Shown here: in pieces, positions 31,485 through 41,300 of the stretch
Layout of the letters: each line of letters starts with the position of its first letter
Numbering within the stretch: the stretch's first letter is position 1
Made by a program: the position numbers and the translations under genes
The notes under the pieces: generated by a model
The model's database searches: none
What the model saw: only the letters and a program-made list of their open reading frames with translations
Told to the model about the DNA's origin: nothing
DNA from: Fonticula alba ATCC 38817
Taxonomy: Eukaryota; Protista; Nucleariida
Length of the DNA stretch: 49,747 bases
NCBI GenBank assembly: GCA_000388065.2
Contig: KB932206.1
Direction: 5' to 3' (one strand)

Positions 31485-34287
31485 CTAATGGTGGGAGCGA
31501 CGTTGCTTGCGCGCCGAGGGTATCGACGTAGACAGGGGCTCACTGGGGGGAGCCTTCTCGCCCGGGGCCGCGGACTGGCAAGCGCTGGCGGCCCCGCTCA
31601 CCAGGTCCAGGGACAGTTCCCGCTTGAGGAAACTCTCCATGGACGAAAAGAGAAGCTCCGGCTGCTCCATATGCACGGCATGGCCACTGGACATGCCGAT
31701 CACAAGCTCGCAGTTGGGCAGGCGCTCGGCCATCTCCAGCGACACCCAGAGGGGGATGAGCGGGTCCCACAGACCGCCGGCAATGAGGATCGGCGTTTGG
31801 ATCTTGTTGAGCTCGTGAATGCAGCAGTAGTTGTCCATCGCTGGGGCGCACATGTGCATGTCATCCGGGACCGGGTGCATGGGGGGGGGAGAGAGAGAGA
31901 GGCAAAGGCAGTCGCCGAGCCACAAGGATCGAAGCCCAGCTTGTTAGACACAACTTTCACAGGCTGATGGATGGAGGCGCAGAGAGAGAGAGAGAGGGTT
32001 GGAGGGGGGCCGGCGGTAGGCGCAAGAGAAGGCGCGGGCCAAGGACATGACAGGGTGTCACTGTCCTCTTGGGGCAGGCCCGGCCTGCTGTGCTGTGCTC
32101 CGTCGCGGTGCGGCCGTATGGAAGAAGAGGGTGGGCAGAGGGGCCAGCACCCAACCGGCATGGCCCCCATGAGAGAGAGAGAGAGAGACAGAAGGACGCA
32201 CCCATGATGCCCCGGATGAATGTCAGGAAGGCAAAGGAGGACCGAACCGCCTGGTCGCAGTAGTGGATGAGGAACTGGTCGACCGGGGTGTATGCGACAG
32301 CACGCATGCCGGCCGGCGCGTCGGGAGCCTCGACAGCCGGCAGGACCCGGGCCGATGTCTGCGGGTGGATGTCCATGCTGATGGGCACATAGTCCTGGAA
32401 TTCCCGGCCGAAGAGCGTCCCATAGATGACCTTCACCAGAGCCAGGATGCCGGTGCTCATCTGGATGAGGATGGTGGACAGGAGACTCCGGGTCTCGAAG
32501 GGGAGCCTGGGTATTTCGATCCGACGTATCCCCCCCGCCCCGGGGCACGCAGTCAGGCGCACAGAGGGGGCACATCATCAGTGGCGAGGCCTTTTTTTTT
32601 TTTTGTCAAGCCGCCCGATCCGTCGCCCGGGCTGGCTGCTGGGCTCTTTTGCAAGGGGCCGAAATGAAAAAATAAAAAAAAAAACATGCGGCAGAGCGAC
32701 TCTCAACTGCTCGGCTGGCTGGCACGCACATGATGTTCTCACAGACCCACAGGGCAAAGTACCCGAGGAGCCGGTTGACCGGCAGACGGAAGAGCGGCTG
32801 CAGCAGGCTCGTCAGGATCTGCCCATACCCACCGTTCACCATGACCATGGCCGACACCATGGTGGGGTTGGTCAGGATGAAGTCCAGGCCGACTGCGCGC
32901 GCGCCGCCCCCCCCCCCCCCCNNNNNNNNNNNNNNNNNNNNNNNNNNNNNNNNNNNNNNNNNNNNNNNNNNNNNNNNNNNNNNNNNNNNNNNNNNNNNNN
33001 NNNNNNNNNNNNNNNNNNNNNNNNNNNNNNNNNNNNNNNNNNNNNNNNNNNNNNNNNNNNNNNNNNNNNNNNNNNNNNNNNNNNNNNNNNNNNNNNNNNN
33101 NNNNNNNNNNNNNNNNNNNNNNNNNNNNNNNNNNNNNNNNNNNNNNNNNNNNNNNNNNNNNNNNNNNNNNNNNNNNNNNNNNNNNNNNNNNNNNNNNNNN
33201 NNNNNNNNNNNNNNNNNNNNNNNNNNNNNNNNNNNNNNNNNNNNNNNNNNNNNNNNNNCCCCCCCCCCAGGAGCCACGCACCGACACCGCCCATGCTGTG
33301 GCCAAAGAGCACGTCCACATGGGTGATCTTCTCCAGCGCCAGGATGTCCTCCATGTCTTCGGTTTGGGAGCGGATGGAAATCTTGTTCTGCCCGTCCATG
33401 TAGTCGCTGCTGAATTGCCCGCGGTAGTGCCAGTAGATGTAGGTGAACTGGTCGCCATATTGGCTGAGGATCGGGGTCCCCCAGACGGGGAAGTTGCCGC
33501 CGCATCCGAACCCCGACGCGATGACCATGATCTGCGACGGCACACGCCCCGCCACAGGGAGGGCCGGGACCGACACGCCGGGGAGGGAGGTCTGTCAGTG
33601 CCACGGATGCACACATGCGCAAGGAGAACACCCCGGCACCGGCCCCAGGCGGGGAGACGAGGGCCGGGCACCTGGTCGCATGCCCACGCCTGCGCGCACC
33701 TTGGACCCGGGCCGGCCGGGGATCACAAAGTACCGGACCACCGACCCGTCGCGCGTGGTCATGGTCTTGGAGATGGCTCGCTCGAGTAGCTCATGCCCGG
33801 AATGGTAGTTCCGGAAGCGGAAGCGCCGGGGAAAGAGCCGGCGGAAGGTCTGCACGCTCATCTGATAGGTGAACAGCCCGGCCAGCGGGCCGAACGCCAA
33901 CCACGGCTGGCCGATCCACAGCAGCCCCAGCACCCAGGTGATGGCGATCAGGTAGAGCGTGCGCCAGACCATGGAAAAGACCATGGCGCTGCCGGGCCCG
34001 GCAATCACCTCTTCGGAAGCCAGCTTCTTCGAGCGGCCCATGAAATGCCGGAAGAGCTGCTGGTCGCGCAGGGTGTGAGCGGTGCGGGCGCCGGCCAGCG
34101 CCGAGCGCAGCTTCGGCCCGGGCACCGCCGAGCTGGTGCCGAAGGCCAGTCCAGCACTCGATGGCTGGGGGTCAAAGATGGTGGCCGTGTGCACGGCCGC
34201 CTCGAGGCCCTTGCCGCGCTGGAGCGGGCGCTCATCGGGGCCCGGTCCCCCGTTGATGCCTGGGTCCTCGACCAGGGTGACAGTCAT
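31485..34287 (-). CDS. Alpha/beta-hydrolase-fold protein (lipase/esterase-like) with N-terminal transmembrane segments; multi-exon
   Basis: ATG at 34287. Hydrophobic segment MVFSMVWRTLYLIAITWVLGLLWIGQPWLAFGPLAGLFTY, oxyanion-region IASGFGCGG, YWHYRGQFSS, nucleophile elbow GHSMG, acid residue in LIAGGLWDPLIP and catalytic His in SGHAVHMEQPE. Intron 33699-33532 gives GSK|IMVIAS. Stop TAG is at 31487-31485. Confidence 0.9.
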
Positions 34288-35486
34288 GCTGCTGGGTGCA
34301 CGATCGGTCTTCGGCTGTTGGGGTGGGCGAGGAGGCGGGAGACAGGGGGCCGGGAGCGAGAGACCGAGAGAGACCGAGAGAGAGATCGAGAGAGAGAGAG
34401 AGAGAGAGNNNNNNNNNNNNNNNNNNNNNNNNNNNNNNNNNNNNNNNNNNNNNNNNNNNNNNNNNNNNNNNNNNNNNNNNNNNNNNNNNNNNNNNNNNNN
34501 NNNNNNNNNNNNNNNNNNNNNNNNNNNNNNNNNNNNNNNNNNNNNNNNNNNNNNNNNNNNNNNNNNNNNNNNNNNNNNNNNNNNNNNNNNNNNNNNNNNN
34601 NNNNNNNNNNNNNNNNNNNNNNNNNNNNNNNNNNNNNNNNNNNNNNNNNNNNNNNNNNNNNNNNNNNNNNNNNNNNNNNNNNNNNNNNNNNNNNNNNNNN
34701 NNNNNNNNNNNNNNNNNNNNNNNNNGGGGGGGCGAGGTCCGCACGAGGGGCGCGGGGGCGGCACAGAGAGAGCGAGCAGGGAGGTCGGATGATGGAGGAT
34801 GCGGAGAGGGCCGCAGAGCGATGGTTTCTTCCGATCAGCCAGGCCAGGCACCCTGGGAAGGGGCCTGCTGAAAAGGCTCGGCCCAAGATCTGCAACCCGG
34901 GAGCTCGGCCGAGGTCCTGGCCGCCCCCTCGTGTGTATCGCCGCCCTCCCCCCTCCCCCCTCCCCCTCGTGCCTCGGCGTGGTCGTCCCTCTTGCCAGCA
35001 TACATGACCGCCTTTCACGCATGCCCTGCTCTTGCTCCCTGCCCGCCGACCCTTTCTCCTGCCATAGATCGACGATGGCCAACATCAGGACGAGACCGAG
35101 AGAGAGAGAGAGAGAGAGAGCGAGAGCGAGAAACCAGCGAGGCCGCGCGCGCGGGTGAGATCTCCCCCGTGCAGCCAGCTGCCGAGACGCCCAGGACAGA
35201 CAGGGCAGGGCAGGGGCCGGCATGACACGTCCCTCGCATCGACAAGTCCCACGAAACATGGCAAACAGCCACACAGCCGAGGCAACTCTCTCGCCGGGCC
35301 GGCGATCGGAGCTGCCCTCCCCGGAAGGGATCCGCCGTGGAAAGGCACCTGTGAGAGGGCCTCGCGCCCTCGAGACCGCCCTGCCGCCGGGCAATTAAAG
35401 GAGGCCGGCCCTCAGAGATAAGGAGCAGATCGCCCACACCATGCCCAGGTGGGCAGAGGGGCCAGCACCCAACCGGCATGGCCCCC
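32130..35486. repeat. Dispersed 39-bp exact direct repeat (32130-32168 and 35448-35486)
   Basis: GGTGGGCAGAGGGGCCAGCACCCAACCGGCATGGCCCCC occurs in both places. The second copy runs into gap 35487-35812. Confidence 0.9.
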
Positions 35487-36976
35487 NNNNNNNNNNNNNN
35501 NNNNNNNNNNNNNNNNNNNNNNNNNNNNNNNNNNNNNNNNNNNNNNNNNNNNNNNNNNNNNNNNNNNNNNNNNNNNNNNNNNNNNNNNNNNNNNNNNNNN
35601 NNNNNNNNNNNNNNNNNNNNNNNNNNNNNNNNNNNNNNNNNNNNNNNNNNNNNNNNNNNNNNNNNNNNNNNNNNNNNNNNNNNNNNNNNNNNNNNNNNNN
35701 NNNNNNNNNNNNNNNNNNNNNNNNNNNNNNNNNNNNNNNNNNNNNNNNNNNNNNNNNNNNNNNNNNNNNNNNNNNNNNNNNNNNNNNNNNNNNNNNNNNN
35801 NNNNNNNNNNNNCTGTTCGGTCGCCGGAGTGTGGGGGACGATCTTTCTCAGCAGGAGCCCCAAAAAAGCACACGGCACCAGCCCGGGAAACGTGCGGCTA
35901 AGCCCGCATTGTCTCGTGGGGTCGCACGCGCGCCGCGGCCCGCACACATACCACTGATCCCCCCCCTCCCCCCCCAACACCCCTCCTCATCCAGGCCCCC
36001 GCGCCTAGCACGGGAATGGCGGCCGTGCCGAGCCGATCGCCCCCGGCCGCCCGCCCAATTGCTCCCTACCCAAGGCGGAGACCGGCCGGCCCGGACCCCC
36101 AAAGACACGCCGGAAACATGCCCCCCGCCCCCATCCAGTCCGAACGAGGAGCCTGCCCGACCGCAATGGCGGCCGCGACCTGCACGCCGGCCAGCGCGAC
36201 CGAGGCACCTCCCAACGGCAACGCCAGCCGGAACTTTCATGTGAAAGGCCGCGCGTGCGCCCTCCCGCTCGCGGGCGCACCCGAGGCAGCCGTCCGGGCC
36301 CCGGGCCCCGGGCCCTGGGAGGAAAGGGCGAGGAGCTGAGCAACCGCCGTGTGCGCGAGGGCTTGCCCCAACGCAGTCGCGCAGCCGATCAAAAAAGCAC
36401 GGGGGCCACCGCCAGCGGCAGCGGTAGCGGCAGGGGGCGGTGGCCGTGCGGGATTGCCCGGCCCTGCTACAGCCCATCCCCCCCCCCCCCCCCCTCCCCC
36501 GCTGCAGCCGCCCCGCCTTCGTTTCCCGCCCGAGGCCCCCTCGCCCACGCCTCGGGAAAAAAAGCGCGTGTCAGACGCCCCTGGCCCGCAGACACACACC
36601 TGTCGCTCGGGGTGGGCGACCCAGCGCGCCAAGCGCCCCGGCTTGGTTATTCAAAATCCCGCCCTCGGCCCCGGTCCCCCCTGGAGGGAGGGGGGGGGGG
36701 GGGATATGGACGCGGGGCGAGCCGCTTCCGGCACAGAGAGCGCCCGTACCGCACGTACGCCCACGCCCGCACGCACAGGGACCAAGAGAGGCCCAATATT
36801 TAACCACCGACACCAGCCGCAAGGGACCTGGCCTGGCCCTCGACACGGACATACGCGCGCATGAACACACAGGACCTGCGGGCGAAGCACCGAAGGCCAG
36901 GCCGCCGGCGGGCCAGAAGACGAAGACGCCCCGACAAGCGCACTGGGCCCTGCCTCAACGGACCCGACGGGCGAGA

Positions 36977-37008
36977 GGGGACACGCTGGGGACACGCTGG
37001 GGACACGC
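36977..37008. repeat. 11-bp tandem repeat (GGGGACACGCT) x ~2.9 in the hydrolase / F-box divergent intergenic region
   Basis: ggggacacgct ggggacacgct ggggacacgc. Confidence 0.85.
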
Positions 37009-38368
37009 ACCACCCGACATGTCTTTGCACTGGCGCAGCTGGGGAGGAACCTCCGCACTGCCTCCCATAGCGCAAGTCGGACGAGCTAGTCTGGCTGCGG
37101 GTTCCCTCGTTGTCTCGCCGCCGCACGAGGGGGGGGGGGGGGGAGCCCGAGACGCAGGGGCGAGGCAGGCCGTGGCCTTGCGGGGGCGGGCACCGCCCGA
37201 GAAGGGCCACAGCGAAAGGCTGCCGCCGGGGATGCGGGGGGGGGGGGGGGGGGGTTGCCCCGGTGGCGGGTGTTTTAGTGCAGGCGCAACCTGCGCGCCC
37301 TGATTCCGATGGTGCAGATCCACCGTGGCTGCTTAATTCGTGCGTGATCTCGAGACTCACGCGCTGGGGCGGGGCCACGGGTTGATGCTGGACCGGACGT
37401 ACAGTCCAGTTAAGCGCGCTCAACCCGACCATCTCAATGTCGGATTAATCCGGCGCAGGTTGGGCGCCGATCGCCGACCCGAAGGGGACGAGGCGGCAGT
37501 GGCTTTCTTATTCTCTGTTATTCCTCCTCGCCCACAAGTGCCACTGGGGGGGGGGGGGGGGGGGGGATGAATATCTTGTCTGTCCCACGCACGTTCACGC
37601 CCTGGCCGCCGTGTGCTTCTGGCTCGTTTGTTGTTCGTTTNNNNNNNNNNNNNNNNNNNNNNNNNNNNNNNNNNNNNNNNNNNNNNNNNNNNNNNNNNNN
37701 NNNNNNNNNNNNNNNNNNNNNNNNNNNNNNNNNNNNNNNNNNNNNNNNNNNNNNNNNNNNNNNNNNNNNNNNNNNNNNNNNNNNNNNNNNNNNNNNNNNN
37801 NNNNNNNNNNNNNNNGGGGGGGACACGCGATGTGCCATGGCTGCCGTTCCCCGGGGGAACTGTGACCGGCCCCGGCTCGTCCAGGACCGCCCAGGGGGTG
37901 TCCCGCCGCATGGTACTCACAGGCACAGTCCCCTCGAGGCGACGGCGGCGTCGGCGACGACGACGGCGATCGGTGGGCTCCCCACCTGCCCGGGGGGAGG
38001 GGCGAGGAGACGGCGGCGGAGGAGGAGCAGGAGGAGGACCGGGGCCTGGGGATGCCTCGCCTTCCGGTGGGAGTCCTCGGGTGTGCGCCTGTGTGTGCCC
38101 CGGCATGGGGCGCGCATGCGTGCGCATCTGGGTTCATTCCTTCCGAGGGGCAAAGAATGCAGGGAGATTCTTCGCCCTGTTCCCTGCGCCGGCAAGGAGC
38201 GACTGCGAACTTGCCAGCCATCAATCTCCCGGCCCCTTTGTCCAAGCTCTGCTCTTTTGCCGTCGTGCCCAGCCCTCCTCCCCCCCTCCCCCCCCCCTTT
38301 CCACGCATCAACGCCTAGGCAACACCCAAACAGCGTGCCCTCCCTCCCCACGTCCAAGCACGCCAACC

Positions 38369-41300
38369 ATGTCGCTTCCCCCTGGCGGGGCGCTGCCCGC
38401 GGCCAAGCAGATTTGGGCTGCCCGCCGTCGTGCATCCATCGACAGCCGGGTACCCGCCTCTGCCCTGCCCTATCCGCCCATGGGGCCCATCTCGCCGACA
38501 TCCACCCCGGGCCTCGGGCGCCCGCCGGTCCTGCATGCCCCATCGATGGGCAGCACGCAGGCCGCGCGCACCCGGGCCGCCGAAGTCGACCAAACCATGC
38601 TGATGGCCGATGACAGCTCGGCCGACCTGGTCCAGCCGCAGGGGGCCCTGCGTGCCCGGCGGGCCAGCATCTGCCGCGGCTCCGGCATCAACACTCTCCT
38701 GCAGACCGGCGACGTCGAGGCCATCGCGGCGTCCATCCTCGGGCAGGGAATCCCCGAAACCGGTACGCCAAGATACACCCGCCCGCGTGGGCACGCACGG
38801 GCCTGGCGACAAGCACACCGGCCGACTTACGCATGCACCTGCATGCACGCATTGCCCCCTGGGGGCCTTTTTTTTTTTTTTTTTTTCCCTCCCACCCCCC
38901 ACGCCAGCACATGTTGCCACCCTTGGCCGGGGGTCCCCCTGCCCGGGTGCTCACATTCGCCCTCTGATGTCCCTCGCCCCTGCCCCTGCCCCCGCCGCGG
39001 CCCCCTGCACATTGGCCATGGCCCGATAGATCTCCTGTCCAGCCGCCGGTCCAGCGTGCCGAACTTCGCCCTGGCCCGGGACCGGCGGTACTCGGTGTCC
39101 TCCATGGCGGCAGCCTCATCGCACCGCAGTGGTGCCCGGTCCAGCTCCAGTGACAGCGGCCATGGCGGCGACTCGCCGTCGACCTTTTCGGCCACCTCCT
39201 TCTCAAGTAGCCCCAGCTCCAGCACCGGGTCCAGTGGCCGGGACCCGTCGCCGGTGGCCGGGCGCCAATCCGGCGGCCAGGTCCGCCGGGGCACCTCGCC
39301 CGTGGTGTCCAGCTATCTCGGCCTGTCGCCGCCCGATGTGGCCCCCAGCGCGGCCGGGTCCGGCCCCGGGCACATGGCCGAGGCCATGTACCACCATGAC
39401 ATGCCCGACACCATGCCGGCCGGGGCATCGCCCTCGCATGTGGCTGCCGTGGCCGCCAGCCACCAGTCGGACCTGCGCGCGGCCGGGCCCCCGGCCGACG
39501 TGATCCGCCCCTGGCGTGGCGCCCCGCCGGGCCCGGCCACCGCCGACATGGACGAGTCCAGCGACGACGACTCGCCGGTCGTCAGCACCGACGCCATCGA
39601 GCGCCTGAAGGCACAGGCCCCCTCGCGCCGCCGGGCAAGCATCGCCGTACGCCCGGCACCCTGCCGACCACTGTCTTGCCGATTGCCCTTCGCCTGCTCG
39701 CCCCTTTTTCGCGCCCCGGGGTCCCCTGCTGCCGATCGGGGCGCGCCCCGACCGGTGGGCAATTCGTGGTCCACCGCCAATGGCCGGCCCTCAGCTGACA
39801 CGGTGCCTCGCCGCCGCCGCCGCCGCCTCCTCCGCGCCTCGCCGGACGCATGCACGCCCGGCCCCGGGCCACAGGTCTGGTCGGACCCGGCCCTGCTGGA
39901 AATCCAACAAGCCATCGAGGCCAACCGCATTGACATGTCGCGCGGCCCGGGGCGGGGCCCTGGCCGCGGGCCGGCCCCCGCCGCTGCCAAGTCCCCCTCC
40001 GGGCGCGCGGAATTCCACGGCCAGGCCGCCCTAACCCCGGAGAACTTGGATGAGGCGGCCGACTTGGGCTCCTCGGCGTCCGACTCGTCGGTGGCCTCGT
40101 CCGACTCGATGGACAGCGCGGCCGCTGCGCGCCGGGCCCAGGCCGCCCGCCGGGCGGCCGCCGTCGACCCGACCGACCGGCGTGCCTTGGAGTCCCTTGA
40201 CCCGGCTGCCGCCGCCGCCGCCGCCGCCGCCGCCTTCCAGGCTCGCCAGGGTGCCGGCAAGGCGTCCCCCTCGGACGATCGGTCCCCCCGAAGCGACCGC
40301 AGCTCCGACGGCCTCATCGACCAGGATGACGATGAGTATGAGCCCATCCTGCCGGATGATGGTGCCCTGTTGGCCGCTGCCAACCCCTCCGATCCGAGCA
40401 CCTTCGCCCATTTGCCCCAGCGCCTGGTGGCCCAGGTTTTGGCCCGCGGCACACTGGGGTATGTGTCCCCCGCCGCCCTGCTTTCCCCCCTTTTGCCCCC
40501 TGGCCCTGCACAGGCTGGCCACTGCGCGAGCCTTCACGCGCGAGCGCCCCCCCCCCACCCCCCCNNNNNNNNNNNNNNNNNNNNNNNNNNNNNNNNNNNN
40601 NNNNNNNNNNNNNNNNNNNNNNNNNNNNNNNNNNNNNNNNNNNNNNNNNNNNNNNNNNNCCCCCCCCCGCCCGGCCCGGCCCCTCTTCGCGCCCATAGGG
40701 ACTTCCTTCAGGCCATGCGCCATTCGCCGGAGCTGCAGGCCAAAATCCAGGCCCCGCCGCCGCGGCTGCGCCCGGCCATCTTCGGCCGTCTGCCGGTGCC
40801 GGCCCGGGTGCTGGACCTGACGCCCTTCCATCGGACCTTGATGGATCTGGAGGCGGCCACCATTGTCGCCTGGCAGGGGGCCTTCTCCCGGGGCTACATG
40901 GACTGGCTTCTGGACCGGTCTGGGTCTGGGAGTCGCTCGGTGTCGGACGCCTCCTCGGCCGAGGACGAGGCCTCCGGCGCCCCGGCACCGGACCTCGAGT
41001 ACGATGGGATCAAGGCCGTGTCCGCCGGCCGGGCCTGGGACGTGGGTGATGGCCTCCTGCTTGCGCTGCGCCTGTGGGTCGAGCGTCTTCAGGTATGCGC
41101 GCACGTGTGGCCCCTTCAGCGGGCCGACCATTTCTTGTAGGCGGACAGGGAAACAAGATCAGGCAGCTTGATCAACAGGGCGGTCTTGTGCAGCCGGCAA
41201 CAGCAGTGTGTGTGTGTGAGAGAGAGAGAGAGACAGAGAGACAGCGAGATATTTTGACAAAGAGAGACAGCAGGACAAAGAGAGACAGAGAGGAACATAC

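Larger units (their letters stand above)
990..40659. other. Assembly gaps: 990-1084, 4628-5361, 5910-6862, 8315-8521, 9899-10244, 12587-13360, 25521-25565, 32922-33258, 34409-34725, 35487-35812, 37641-37816, 40565-40659
   Basis: N runs, most flanked by G/C homopolymers or (GA)n repeats. Confidence 0.99.

Noticed and set aside
35813-37640. Cyclic-nucleotide-binding exons upstream of the F-box gene
   Set aside because: Looked for in the + frames and no FGE/R.A.V signature was found. Small exons hidden in gaps cannot be excluded.
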